A DNA stretch of 64,000 nt from Stegostoma tigrinum (taxonomy: Eukaryota). The notes beneath the pieces are model-generated. The model was not told where the DNA came from. It was given only the letters and a program-made list of their open reading frames with translations, and ran no database searches. Within the stretch, counting starts at the first letter, position 1. Each line of letters begins with the position of its first letter. The position numbers and the translations under genes are program-made. The stretch spans positions 126,618,808-126,682,807 of the forward strand of contig NC_081357.1 of the NCBI RefSeq assembly GCF_030684315.1. The letters run 5' to 3'. Below are positions 1-12,912 of this stretch, in pieces.

Positions 1-989
1 AGTCAGTGGTGAGTGGGGTTCCACAGGGCTCTGTCCTTGGGCCTCTACTGTTTGTAATTTTTATTAATGACTTGGACGAGGGAATTGAAGGATGGGTCAG
101 CAAGTTTGCAGACGACACAAAGGTCGGAGGTGTCGTTGACAGTGTAGAGGGCTGTTGTAGGCTGCAGCGGGACATTGACAGGATGCAGAGATGGGCTGAG
201 AGGTGGCAGATGGAGTTCAACCTGGATAAATGCGAGGTGATGCATTTTGGAAGGTCGAATTTGAAAGCTGAGTACAGGATTAAGGATAGGATTCTTGGCA
301 GCGTGGAGGAACAGAGGGATCTTGGTGTGCAGATACATAGATCCCTTAAAATGGCCACCCAAGTGGACAGGGTTGTTAAGAAAGCATATGGTGTTTTGGC
401 TTTCATTAACAGGGGGATTGAGTTTAAGAGTCGTGAGATCTTGTTGCAGCTCTATAAAACTTTGGTTAGACCGCACTTGGAATACTGCGTCCAGTTCTGG
501 GCGCCCTATTATAGGAAAGATGTGGATGCTTTGGAGAGGGTTCAGAGGAGGTTTACCAGGATGCTGCCTGGACTGGAGGGCTTATCTTATGAAGAGAGGT
601 TGACTGAGCTCGGTCTCTTTTCATTGGAGAAAAGGAGGAGGAGAGGGGACCTAATTGAGGTATACAAGATAATGAGAGGCATAGATAGAGTTGATAGCCA
701 GAGACTATTTCCCAGGGCAGAAATGGCTAGCACGAGGGGTCATAGTTTTAAGCTGGTTGGTGGAAAGTATAGAGGGGATGTCAGAGGCAGGTTCTTTACG
801 CAGAGAGTTGTGAGAGCATGGAATGCGTTGCCAGCAGCAGTTGTGGAAGCAAGGTCATTGGGGTCATTTAAGAGACTGCTGGACATGTATATGGTCACAG
901 AAATTTGAGGGTGCATACATGAGGATCAATGGTCGGCACAACATTGTGGGCTGAAGGGCCTGTTCTGTGCTGTACTGTTCTATGTTCTA
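1..989 (+). mobile_element. CR1-clade LINE, 3' portion (young copy), running off the window start
   Basis: Uninterrupted RT C-terminal ORF, then a short 3' UTR ending in a CR1-type short-repeat tail (ctgtactgttctatgttcta) next to the N gap. Confidence 0.95.
6..908 (+). CDS. CR1 ORF2 reverse transcriptase C-terminal half (partial)
   Basis: Motifs SGVPQGSVLGPLLF, FADDTK, RPHLEYCVQFW, LERVQRRFTRM, TRGH and FFTQRVV, with no stop over 300 aa. Confidence 0.93.
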   Translation: MVSGVPQGSVLGPLLFVIFINDLDEGIEGWVSKFADDTKVGGVVDSVEGCCRLQRDIDRMQRWAERWQMEFNLDKCEVMHFGRSNLKAEYRIKDRILGSVEEQRDLGVQIHRSLKMATQVDRVVKKAYGVLAFINRGIEFKSREILLQLYKTLVRPHLEYCVQFWAPYYRKDVDALERVQRRFTRMLPGLEGLSYEERLTELGLFSLEKRRRRGDLIEVYKIMRGIDRVDSQRLFPRAEMASTRGHSFKLVGGKYRGDVRGRFFTQRVVRAWNALPAAVVEARSLGSFKRLLDMYMVTEI

Positions 990-1124
990 NNNNNNNNNNN
1001 NNNNNNNNNNNNNNNNNNNNNNNNNNNNNNNNNNNNNNNNNNNNNNNNNNNNNNNNNNNNNNNNNNNNNNNNNNNNNNNNNNNNNNNNNNNNNNNNNNNN
1101 NNNNNNNNNNNNNNNNNNNNNNNN
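990..1124. other. Assembly gap (135 N)
   Basis: Run of N characters. Confidence 1.
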
Positions 1125-1714
1125 CAGAATTGAGGGTCACAAACATAGCAGGACAGCTGTCTGTTGAAAATGTTATCTCCAGAAGTGAACCCAGGAGTGT
1201 AATGGACAATTTTGTATATGATGCTGCAACAATGATATTGGGAGTTATATGCAATCAGGGCTCAAAGGAGAGGAGAATGAAAGCATTATTATAGAGCTGC
1301 AATCAGTATTCTGTATATCAGAATTTAAAAAGAGCTGACAGGACTCTGAGAGAGAGGGAGAGTTACTGACAGGTAAGGTAAAGATAGAGATTCACAACAA
1401 GGGCATGGTAGCTAGGTAGAGCAAGAGTACAGCACAGACACATAAACCAGGTAACCATAAGCCATGAGCCCATTGAAGCAACAGTTAAACAGGCTTTGAT
1501 CTATGGAAGTGGCACAGTGCATGGATCCAGCTGTAGCAGCATGTAGTACAGCAACATCAGTGTTCATTCAAACAAGGAGGGTGAAGGGGAGAGTCCTGAC
1601 AATGTTTCAATGATGTTGTAGCATTAGTGTTTACCAAAAAAAGTCAGCAAAGTATCTTAAAGGTGCAGTAATATCAGCATCTGTATTGAAATATTGGTGT
1701 CAGTAACTTAGATC

Positions 1715-2440
1715 CATCACAGAGGTATTACAGCTCAGGAGGAGGCCAATCAACCCATTTTTGCTTCAAATTAGTAACATTATGTATTGCTAATTTCCTG
1801 CTTTCTCCCCATATCCTCCCACAGGATTTCTATCCAAATAACCTCCAACACCCTTTTGAATGCCTCAGGTGAGACTGCCCCCACAACACATTCCAGCAGC
1901 GCATTCCATTCATTAGCTATTCACTGTATCAACAGATTTTTTTCTTAGCTTGCATTTCCTTCGTTTGCGTATCACTTTCAATCTGTCCCTTTTGGTTCTT
2001 TGTCCTTTCACAAGAGGGAACTTTTCTCCCTATACACTCTATCTAGTCTCCGCATGATTTTGAAAACCTGTGTCAGAACTCTTCTTAGCCTTCAAGGAGA
2101 ACAGCCCCAACTTCTTTACTCCTTGTGACTGAAATTTCTCATCCTGAATCCATTTTTGTAAATTGCTTCTGGGTGCTCTCCAATGTGTTCAAATACTTCC
2201 CATAATGTGGTCCCTAAGTCAATACACAACACTTCATCTGAGGCCTAATATGCATCCTTATCCAATGTTCAACACCAACTCCTTGCTTTGGTACTCTCCA
2301 TGTCTGTGTGATAAAGCTGAGGAGATTGTAAGCCTTATTCATTGCTCTCTGAACCTACTCTGCCATCCTCAGTGATCTGTGCATATATGCACCCGGATTC
2401 CTCCATTTCTGCACCTCCTTTAGAACTGTATCCTCTATTT
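1715..2440 (-). mobile_element. Old degenerate CR1 3' fragment
   Basis: The reverse complement resembles the CR1 ORF2 end and 3' UTR seen elsewhere in the window; heavily mutated. Confidence 0.55.
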
Positions 2441-2999
2441 AATACCGTCTTTCAATATTCAAAGCTCAAAGGTAAATACCAAGAAGAAAGATCAGTGGCA
2501 TTGAATTTACGCAACGCATTTTGGATCACCGTTACCCGTGGGCGTGACTATATTATACACCACATCCTGGAACCAGACTAGGTTGGAATTTTTAGACCTG
2601 ATTTTATTTGACAATTTACACACATACACTGTATTTGTCTTTGTCTATATGTGTAATTAAAGTGATAAAGTGTGCACTTACTTAAAATGTACTGAATATA
2701 AGTCTTGCCTTACAGTCATCCCTAACTAGTGTTTTCCTTAATGTACAAGTTACATGGTACTTGAACATAGGCTCCAGTCCACCATGTACCCTCTACTCAA
2801 TATTTACTGAGCTCTTCATTCTTTTGTAGAACTACTGTATTGATTGCCAAAACATTAGTGGTTTTCCTGGGATGGTAACCCACAGGGGTTTGTTATTTTT
2901 TTCACATACAAATAAAGATCATCTCATTTTGCTTGGTGTCGGTTATTATCGCTACATTTTTCATGCCTTCTTCTTTTATTTTTCTTTGATTTTTGAATT

Positions 3000-5900
3000 T
3001 TGGATCATTGGGATCTTATCTTCTGGGACAGAAGAGTCCTGTTAAAAATGGACAGGTTTCACCTGAACTGGAGAGGGACCAATATTCAGGTGGGGAGATT
3101 TGCTTTTTCTATTTGGGAACCATTAAACTAGTGGGGAGGCAGGTTGGAGAGATCCTCAGTAGTAGTAAGAATAGGAAGGCATTTGAGGATGGTTCTGAAG
3201 TCAAAGAGAGCAAGTTAATTAGAAAAGGCAGGCAAGAGCAAGTCAGAGAATGAGGGAACGCTGAAGTATTAAACTGCATGTATTTCAGTGCAAGAGGTGT
3301 TACAAGTACAGCAGATGAACTCAGGGCATGTATGGGACTGAAACATCAGAGCTATTATGACTCATAGATGACGGAGAGACAGGACTGGGAACTCAATGTT
3401 CTGAGGTTCAGATCCCATATGAAGGATAGAAAGGGAGGCAAGAAAAGGGGGGGAGTGGCATTCTTCATTAGAGAAAACATTACTGCTGTACTCAGAGAGG
3501 ATACTTCTGAGAGATCATTCAGTGGGTGGAACTCAGAAATAAGAAAGGGACAATCACTTTGATGGGATTGTGTGATAGCGTCTCCCACCCCAATAGTCAG
3601 CAGGAAGCTGAGAAGCAGACGTGTAGAGAGATCTCAGATATGTGTCAGAATAACTGGGTTGTAATAGTAGGGGATTTTAACTTTCCAAACATTGCCTGGG
3701 ACTACCATAATGCAAAGGGCTTGGAAACTGAGGAATTTGTTAAATGTGTTCAATAAATTTTTTTTATTGATATGTAAATGTAGCTAACAGAAAAGGAGCA
3801 AAAATTGATCTTTTAGGAAATAAGGGCAGGACAAGTGATGAAAGAAAAACAAAGTTCCTGTGAAGGAGAAAAGAGTTAACGTTTTGGGTCCGGTAACCCT
3901 TCCTCAGAACAGAAGGTGGCCGGGAAATCGTCAGTTTATCTGCAGAAAATAGCGAGGGGGTTGGGGTAGGGAGTAAACAATAGGGAGAGAGCTCAAAGAG
4001 AGAGAAAGACAGTTGGACAGACAAAGGAGTTGCTAATGATCAGGTTCAGAAGGCGAATAATTGTTAATGGGGACTGTTAATGACTAACAACAGGATGTGT
4101 GTAATGGCAGACTATGTGGTAACAAGGCCTCGTGTGTGGGGTGGGGGTCTGGGACATGAGAGAGTTTAGGCCCTAAAATTATTGAACTCAATATTGAGTC
4201 CAGAAGGCTGTATGGTCCCCACACAGAAAATGAGGTGTTGTTAATGTTAGTGGGGGAATACTTTGGGACTAGTGATCATAATTCTTTAAAGTAGTTTTAA
4301 AATAGTTGTGGAAAAGGACCAGCCTAATATAAAAGTTAAAGTTCTTAATTGGAGTAAGGCAAATTTTGACAGCCTGAGACATAAACTTTCAGAAGTTGAT
4401 TGAGGTATTCAGTTTGCAGGAAAAGGATAATTGGCAAATTAGAGGCTTTCAAGAGTGTGATAATGTGAGTTCAGAGGCATTGTGTGTTGGTTTGAATGAA
4501 ATATAAGGCTGGCAAGAGCAGGTAACAATGAATGAATAAAGATATTGAGGAACAAGTCTAAAATAAGAAGGAGACATATGTTAGGTATAGACAACTGAGA
4601 TCAAGTGAATCCCTTGAAGAGTACAAGGAGTTGAAGGGCCTTCACAAGAGGGAAATCAGGAGGCCAAAAAGGGGATAAACGATAGCGTTGGTAGATAAGG
4701 TAAAGGATAATCCTAAGAGATGCTACAAGTACATTAAGAACAAAACAGCAACTAGAGAGACAATAGGGCTGCTTAAACATTAATGAGGTGGTTGATGGAA
4801 CCACAGGAAATAGGAGAGTTGCTAGATGAGTATCTTGTGTCAGCTTTTACTTTGGAGAAAGATGTGGAGACTAGGGAATTTGGGAAAATCAGTACTGATG
4901 TCCCAACAGTACTCATGACAGAAGAGGCGGAGGTCCTAAAAAACATAAACGTAGATAAATCTCCGGGACCCATCAAGTGTATTCCAGGACATTGTGGGAA
5001 CTTAGGAAAGAAATTAGGGGACACCTAGCGGAGATATTTATATAATCTATAGCCAAGGGTGAGGCACTGGAAGACTGGAGGGTGGCTAATGTGCCAATGT
5101 TTAAGAAAGGCTATAAGGAGAAGCCTGGGCACTATAGACCAACAAGTCTGACATCAGTGGTGGGTAAATTGTTGGAGATGATCCTGAGAGATAGGATTTA
5201 CATACATTTGGAGAGGCAAGGACTGATTCAGGATAGTAGGCAAGGATTTGTGCGTGGGAAATTGTGTCTCATAAACTTGATTGAGTTTTTTGAGGAGGTG
5301 ACCAAACAAATTGATGATGTTAGAGCAGTAGACAGTTATTTTACACCGACTTTAGTAAAGCTTTTGATAAGGTTTTGCATGATAGACTGATTAGTAAAGT
5401 TAGGTCATGTGGGATTCAGAGAGAGCTTGTCAATTAAACATAGGAAGCATGGTTAGCATGTTTATGGTTGACGCCAAGATTGGTTGTATAGTCGGCAGTA
5501 AAGAAGGTTATCTAAGATTACAATGGGACCTGATCAGATGGGCCAGTAGGCTGAGGAGTGGTAGATGGAATTTAATTTGGATAAATGCGAGTTATTCCAT
5601 TTAGGTAAAACAAACAAGGGCAGGACTTACACGGTTTATGATAGGGCTAGGTGGTATTGTCAAACAGAGAGATCAGATATGTAATTCTTTGAAAGTTGTG
5701 TCACATGTAGACAGGGTAGTTGAGAAGACATTTGCGATGCTTATCTCCATCACTCAGACCGTTGAGAATAGGAGTTGGAACGTCAGGTTGAGGTTGTACA
5801 CAATGTTGGTGTAGCCACTGTTGGAGTATCGTGTGCAGTTCTGATTACCCTGCTATAGGAGGGATATTAGTGAATTGAAGAGAGTTCAGAAAAGATTTAC

Positions 5901-6356
5901 CAGGATGTTGCCAAGTTTGGAGGGGTATGAGTTATAAAAAGGGACTTTTCTCACTGGAGCTCAGAGATTGAGGGGTGATCTTATAGAGGTTTATAAAATC
6001 AGGAGGGGCTTAAATAAGGTGAATAGCAAGGTGTTTCCTTAGCATGGGGGAATTCAAAACTAGGGGACATATTTTTAAGGTGAGAGGAGAAAAATTTAGA
6101 AAACAAATGAGGGGCAATTTTTTTGCTCAGAGGGTAGTTCATGTGTGGAATGAACTTCCTGAGAAACTGGCAGATGCAGGTACAGTTACAACGTTTAAAA
6201 GATATTTGGATAAATTCATGAATAGGAAAGGTTTGGAGGGATATAGACCAAATGCAAACAAGTGGGACTAGTTTGGTTTGGCAAACTTGGTTAGAATGGA
6301 TGATTTGGACCAAAGAGCCTGTTTCCATGCCATATGATTATATGACTGTATGACTA
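3000..6356 (+). mobile_element. Degenerate CR1 LINE (end of ORF1 region, APE endonuclease, RT, 3' tail), internally deleted and interrupted
   Basis: Fragments DRKGGKKRGGVAF, VIVGDFNFPNI, NVDKSPGP, KPGHYRPTSLTSVVGKLLE and TRGHIFKV...FFAQRVV; tail atgattatatgactgtatgact; many stops and frameshifts. Confidence 0.92.
3858..4243 (-). mobile_element. Penelope-like (Neptune-type) 3' end with hammerhead motif, inserted in CR1
   Basis: The minus strand encodes QHLIFCVGTIQPSGLNIEFNNFR (GIY-YIG C-terminus), followed by CTGAGGA-AGGGTTACCGGACCC-AAAACGTTAAC at 3907-3877. Confidence 0.85.
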
Positions 6357-7164
6357 CTTTTTAAATGGGCTTCTCCTTAAGATTATAAACATTAGTATTT
6401 CTCTGTAAATGTAAGTGACACAATGGCACACAAGGAAGTTTGGTTTTATTTTAATTTTATAATTTAGATGCCTAAATTTCAATTTCATCTTTGCCACTCT
6501 GATCTGAAAGAACCCTTTCTAAATAATCAATGTTGTTTTTATGATCAGTGCTTGCACACAGTAGTGCAGATATGGCATCCCCAGTGAAATGTGTGAGCTC
6601 AGTCCGAACTATATGATTTATACTCAAATGTTCCTGTGATGCTTTCTGAAATACTTCTGTATATTCAGCTGTAATCGACAGCAGAATTATAGCAAATTAT
6701 TAGCAATTACACTCAAATAATTTTCATCTTCCATTTTAACTGATGGGCCTTTTTCTACTGAAAGATATTTTATTGGGCCAGTCTCCTGATTTTGTGGTCT
6801 GGTTGGTGGTATTCACAAAGCAGAATCACCAACCTGGGCATCCAATGAATCTGCATGACAGGCAGAAGGGAACAATTAAGCATTCATAAAAGTTTGAAGG
6901 AGCCACTTACCTTCTCAGCCTCGTCACATTCCAGGTTTTCTACACTCAGTCAGCCACAGAGTTACACTTGCCTGGTTCTGCTAGAAGTGTTTCTTTAGGT
7001 TTAAGGATGTTTTGGAATGACTGTTAGACCCTTTGCTGTTTGATGGCATTGATCCAGCTACAGTGAGTCAATGCTCATTCCATCAGAGTATTCTCACCAC
7101 TGTGCCACTGCTGTATCAGAAAAGGGGTGTGGACTCTGACCCAGAGTATTGTTTTAAACCCATC

Positions 7165-8055
7165 CATTTACTTCCCTCCCTCCTCGCTATCCAAGACCCT
7201 AGACACCTTCCGGCTGAATCAATGATTTATTTGCACTTCACTCAATCTAGTCTACTGTCTTCGCTGCTCACATTATGGTCTTCCTGACACCGTAGAAATG
7301 AATTACAACTGCTGTGCCAAAATCCTATGCTCTGATTGCAAAAATGACCCTGAGTTTTTAGTTCCTTGCTACTGTAACACACCACCATGTTCCCTGGCCA
7401 GGGATCTCTGTTTCAGGCTTGCTGCAATGCTCCAGCGAAGCTGAGCACCTCATTTTCCACTTGGGAGCTCTACGGACTCAATACCAAGTTTAACAATTTT
7501 AGGACTTCAGGCACCTTTTGCCATGTCCTTACCCCAACCACCACCCATCAGGCCTAGTCCTCACCTGGGTTGCTAACACAAACAACCCATTGTCAGCTGC
7601 AAAGAGTCCCCATTAGCAGCTACCCATTCCCCCAGCCTGACCTTTACCCATTCATTTGTCTACAAACTGTTTCCTTCTCTCAGAGATAGCAGGAGCTGCA
7701 GATGCTGGAGAATCTGAGATAACAAGGTGTGGAGCTGGATGAACACAGCAGGCCAAGCAGTATCAGAGGGGCAGGAAGACTGCATTTTGGGCCTAGGGTC
7801 AAGGCCTGAAATGTCAGCCTCCCTGTTCCTTTGATGCTGCTTGACCTACTGTTTCCTTCTCTCTCTGGGTTCCATTGCCACCTACCCAACCTACCTGCAG
7901 CACATATACCAACAATTTCCCATCTACAGTCAGGTCTGAGGAAACACCACTGTATCTGAATCATTAACCCTGATTTCTTTCTACAGTGGCTGCCAGATCT
8001 GCTGCGTTTCTCCAGCAATTTCTGTTTTTACTTTGGATTTATTTCATTATTTTGC
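7165..8055 (+). mobile_element. Degenerate Neptune-type Penelope 3' end (GIY-YIG remnant + pLTR)
   Basis: Remnant TSLNLVYCLRCS and EHLIFHLG..FNNFR; decayed hammerhead near 7936; 3' pLTR similar to family B. Confidence 0.75.
7682..7847. mobile_element. Palindromic Penelope-pLTR element, family A
   Basis: Inverted arms; perfect 16-bp TSD actgtttccttctctc at 7666-7681 and 7848-7863. Confidence 0.9.
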
Positions 8056-8145
8056 TGTTTTATATGACTGAATTTGAAGTTATGATTCAGTTACAGAAGC
8101 TGATAGTAGTTAGGCTTCATTGAGCATGGCAATATCAGGCTGTTA

Positions 8146-8383
8146 AAAAACAAATGAACTGCGTATGCTGTAAGTCTGGAACAAGAACAAAGTCGCTGGA
8201 AAAGCTCAGCAGGTCTGGCAGCATCTGTGAAGGAAAAATACAGAGTTAAGATTTCAGGTCCGGTGTTCTGTCTCATTTCAGTTCTGAGGAAGGGTCACTG
8301 GACCGGAAATATTAACTCTGTCTTATCCTTCACAGATACTGCCAGACCTGCTGAGCTTTTCCAGCAACTTTGTTTTTGTTCCT
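8146..8383. mobile_element. Palindromic Penelope-pLTR element, family B, hammerhead at centre
   Basis: Inverted arms of about 90 bp; gttCTGAGGAagggtcactggaccgGAAATATTaac from 8281; flanking repeat aatatcagg at 8131 and 8384. Confidence 0.88.
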
Positions 8384-8394
8384 AATATCAGGTG

Positions 8395-8620
8395 TGTTAT
8401 GTGACTATGGGCCAGCTCTCTCAATTTTTTTGCACAAGTCTTCAGATGCTGGTGGTGAGGAATTTGCACAATTCAGTGTGTGCTTTTGTTGCTTCTCATG
8501 GTAAGGTCAATGCCGACTTGCCTGGTTTTATTCTTAATAAATGATGAAGCCACAAGTATGTGTATTGACTCCCTGAAGAGCTTGATTGCTGAACTTAAAG
8601 TTCCTTTTGGTTGGTAATAC
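8395..8620 (-). mobile_element. Degenerate fragment of the LINE family at 22345-23578 (5'/endonuclease start)
   Basis: Reverse-complement resemblance to about 22450-22590. Confidence 0.4.
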
Positions 8621-9778
8621 ACATGAGGTATCATATTTGGCATTTCATCTCCCATTGTTCTTGCCAGTTTTGCAATTTCGGAAAGTCACCTTGCAATTAA
8701 TTGACATGATCTTGAGTTTTTCCTGACACATAGACCACAAAATGTTACAACCAGTCCTGAGACGAGGTTCCTTAATGTATTACCAATCCAGACAGAGTAC
8801 GTGAAATTGTCAAAATCCCAGGTGAGGAGGGTAAACTGGCTCTCACCCTCTGTAGTTCGAACAAGGCTATATTGAAAAGGCACCCTTTACCTTGTGAATT
8901 CCTTCCTCCCACACCAAATTAATTAGTTTTTTTGGAAGTAGCCAACTGAACCAGGCTTTCTTGAGTTAATGAAAGGTGAGTATATTAGCTATTAAACACG
9001 TAAAACAGAATATTGCAACACATGTACACAGGTTTTACCACACTGTGTGAGATACAAACCACCATCAACAAACCACAGGCCCGCAAAACAGCAAAACAAA
9101 ACGGCTGCAAGATTGTAAGGGTAATGATAAATGATGCACACAACCGTCTCCACAACTGCAACAGAGAAATTACGCACCAAAAAACTTTATTCCTGGAAGC
9201 TACCAATCAAGACTGGACAACGGTCATGGAGCGAGCCATCAACATCAGCCAACAGACCACAAGAGCCTAGAAAAGACAGACCCTTCAAGACAAGCTCGCC
9301 ACACTTTCCCACAAAAATGACATCAGAACAGGCACCTGGATAAGAAACCTCTCTGACAGGAAAGTGACAGACACAGAAAAAGCCATTCTCTCAGAGGACT
9401 GAATTACAACTACAGGGACGCCAAAAAAACAGAGTTCCTAGCCACACTAAGGACCAACAATATCAACAAAGAAACACAACAAACAATAAGACAGACAGTA
9501 ATCCCGACACTAGCCAGAAGGAGCAAACGCAACACCCTCAACACATTGAAAAGACAGGCCCTGGAAGGCGTGAATAAGGACAAGAACATTACAATATTAC
9601 CCGCAGACAAAGGGCACAAGACAGTGATACAGAATAAAAAGGACTACATTTCCAAGGCACAGGCACTGCTCGCTGACGAGAACACATACTGGCCAGTACA
9701 AACTGATCCGACACCGTTACTCAGCAACAAAATCCTCTACTCGCTAAAAAGACTTAAACAGACAGGACAGATCAACAA

Positions 9779-9871
9779 GATAATAAAATGTGAGGCTGGA
9801 TGAACACAGCAGGCCAAGCAGCATCTCAGGAGCACAAAAGCTGACGTTTCGGGCCTAGACCCTTCATCTCT
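9779..9871 (-). mobile_element. 93-bp single-arm family A hammerhead element inserted in the Penelope ORF
   Basis: Perfect 15-bp TSD aggacagatcaacaa (9764-9778, 9872-9886); minus strand GATGAagggtctaggcccGAAACGTC. Confidence 0.93.
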
Positions 9872-10789
9872 AGGACAGATCAACAAAGCAGACTTCTTAA
9901 GAAAGAAACCCAAAGGAACCAAAACACCCAGATTCTACGGCCTCCCGAAAGTGCACAAACCGGAAGTACCCCTCAGGCCCATAGTGTCCCTACCGGGCAC
10001 TCCATCGCACAGATTAGCCAAGGAACCACAAAGCAGACTAAGGCACCTAGTCAACAAGTCACCCCACTCTATCCGCTCTGCCCAAGAATTCCTCAACTCC
10101 TTCAAAGACATAAGGATAGATGACGAAGAGACCATGACATTGTTTGAGGTCACTGCCCTATTTACATCAATAGACATACCACTAGCAAGGGAAACAAGGA
10201 CAGAAAACTGGAACAAGAGCAAGACTCCAGTAAAACCATCTCCACAGGCAACATCCTGAAACCACTGGACCTATGCCTCACCACCTACTTCACTTTCAAT
10301 GGCCATACATACAAACAAATCAACGGGACACCCACAGGATCACCAATCTCCGGACTCATAGCAGGGGCAGTGATGCAAAGACTAGAAAAACGTCCCTTCT
10401 GCAAATCCAACCAAAACTATGGATACGCTATGTGGATGACACCTTTGTCACCATTAAACAGACCAAACTAGAGGAGACATAAAAACTTATAAACAACACA
10501 TTGGAATAAAATTAGACAGAGAGGAGGAGAAGAACAAACAGCTCCCATTCCTGGACATCATGATAGAGCGCAAGACAAATGGGGAACTGCACATGAAAGT
10601 ACACAGAAAAGCCACACACACAAACCAGGTACTGAGCTTCCATCCCAGCACACACAAACAAAGCTGCGTGCGAACACTATTTAAAGGGGCAACAACACAC
10701 TGCAGCAACATGGAACTATACCAAAAGGAAGAACAATACCTCTTCCGGGTTTTCCAGGATAATGGGTATCCAACAAACTGGGTCAGAAG

Positions 10790-11350
10790 ATGCTACACGC
10801 CCCCAATGCACTCATCACACTACCCTACATCAGGAACATAACAAAACTAACCACAAGACTCCTACGACTGCTGGGTATCAGGGTGGCACACAACCCCACC
10901 TCAACCCTACGACAAGTGCTCACCCGAACTAAAGACCGACTCCCCGCCATGGACAGGACCAATGTCATCTACAAGATCCCCTGCAGAGACTGCGAGAAAC
11001 ACTACATCGGACAAACAGGAAGGAAACTAATAACAAGAGTGCATGCACACCAACTGGCTACAAAAAGACACGGCCAATACTCACTCATCTCAATCCACAT
11101 GGACAAGGAGAACCACCAATTTGACGGGGACAACACCAAAATCCTGGAACAAGCTAAGCAGAGACAGGCACCGGAATTCCTAGAAGCCCAGCACTCCACG
11201 AAGAAAGACATCAATAAACGCATAGAACTCGACCCCATATACACTCCACTACAAAGGAAAACCGGAAGTCAGGCAATCGAGCTGAATGGACCTCAGAGTT
11301 TAAAAACCAGGCGGGAAAACACACCAACGCTTCATTGGAGGTTGCAGTGA
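10790..11350 (+). pseudogene. Penelope GIY-YIG endonuclease domain remnant
   Basis: LPYI...VIYKIPC..C...YIGQTGR.L..R..H...E motif pattern. Confidence 0.9.
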
Positions 11351-11794
11351 GGATGTTACCAAGCACAATAATGAAATATCTGTGGAAGAACAAACCAGCT
11401 CGTTGAGCCAACCAGCCTCAACATCCACAACCCGAGCTACAGATCTACTCCGTAACCTTAGACATGCATGCGATGATTAAAAATAAGGAATGAGCCTTAA
11501 AAAAGATAGAAGTAAAATAAAAATGTACAAATGAGTCTCTCAAATCTGTGAAGAGTAAATGTTGGAATATCATGGCCTTTATATTTGTTGATGCCAGTGG
11601 TACAGCTGTTGGTAGGCAAGTAGTTGATTTTTAAATTAGACAAATAAATGTTTGGAAAATATGACTTTCATTATCTGTCACAATGCCAAACATTCCTCAT
11701 TAGAAATCCAAGACCGTATTTGGCTTTTTGGATCAGCTTAACTTCTTACGTCCTGTTTCATTGTTTGCTGGCTTGCAGCATTCAGAATGATAGA

Positions 11795-12705
11795 GTCACT
11801 TTGGATAACTTCTCCTTGAACACCTTTCGCTTCCTTCAGGCTGAAGGTGTGGCTGGGCATGGGCCCCAGTTATGCCTGTCTCTTTGTGAGGTATGTGGAA
11901 TATTCTTTGTTCCAGTTCTATTCTGGGCCCCACTCACAACTCTTTCCCTGGTATATTGGTAACATCATTGATGCTGCTTCCTTCTTTCATCCAGAATTGG
12001 AAAAATTAATCAGTTTTGCTTCCAATTTCTATCGTGCTCTCGCCTTTATTTCCCTTCCTCGGCATCTCTGTTTCCATTTCTGGTGATAGGCTGGCCAGTA
12101 ATATCCATTATGAACACATTGACTCCCACTGTTACTTGACTATACATTCTCACACCCCCACTTCCCATAAAGACTGTTTTCCATTTTCCCAGTTCCTCCA
12201 CCTTGGTTACATCTGTTCTGATGGTGCTAGCTTCCACAGGGGCCTCCGAAATGTCCACCTCCTTCCTCAGCTGAGGATTACTCAATCAATGTGGCTGACA
12301 GGGTCCTCAGCTGAGTCCGACCCATCTCCTGCACTCTGGCCCTCACCCTCCCCTTCTCTCCCACAACAGCGATAGTGCCCCCCAGTCCCGTCAGCATCCA
12401 CATCCAGAGGATCATTACCACCATTTTTGCCATATCCAATGATATGCCCCTGCCAGGCATATATTACCCTCCTCTCCCTTGTCAGCCCTCTGCAGCGATC
12501 ATTCCCTTTGGGAAACCCCGGACCACTCCTCCTCCATTCCCAATACCCTCCCAACGCCCTATGGCACCTTCATCTGCCATTGCAGAAGGCGCAACACCTG
12601 CTGATTTACTTGCTCCCTCCTCAAGTCCCCAAACACACCTTCCAGATGAGTTTTTCCAACAATTCTAGTTTTGGTGTCCATTGATGTCCCAGGGCTCACA
12701 ATCTA
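11795..12705 (+). mobile_element. Degenerate Neptune-type Penelope RT fragment
   Basis: TLDNFSLN..FLQ..GVA / MGPSYACLFV.YVE..LF / W-YIGNII (decayed YIDD) / PFLGISVSISGDRL / PFSQFL. Confidence 0.85.
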
Positions 12706-12912
12706 TCTTCATGCCAGCTAACACCTGCAAATAGTCTCACTTTCTTTTTAACATCGTTGAAATGATTTTATTTTAATCTAAGTCAAGATGCATAAAAGTT
12801 CCAATGCAGTTCCTTGTGGCACCTCCTGGGAGACAGCTGTAACAGAGTGTGATTCCCCATCACGCCCACTGATAGATGATTGGTTTCATTCAGATTCAGT
12901 TTAATAATATTT

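Larger units (their letters stand above)
8986..11462 (+). mobile_element. Penelope/Poseidon-type retroelement, near full length, decayed (RT + GIY-YIG endonuclease + pLTR)
   Basis: ORF pieces ITILPADKG, HKPEVPLRPIVS, VTALFTSI, WIRYVDDTF, PFLDI and NVIYKIPCRDCEKHYIGQTGRKL (GIY-YIG); decayed hammerhead at about 11346-11380; frameshifts and stops. Confidence 0.95.

Noticed and set aside
895-1294. ORFs spanning the N run
   Set aside because: Open only because of ambiguous bases.
7682-8383. MITE/DNA transposon interpretation of the palindromic elements
   Set aside because: Arms are unequal, TSDs vary in length (9-16 bp), and the sequence equals the 3' pLTR of GIY-YIG Penelope elements in this window.
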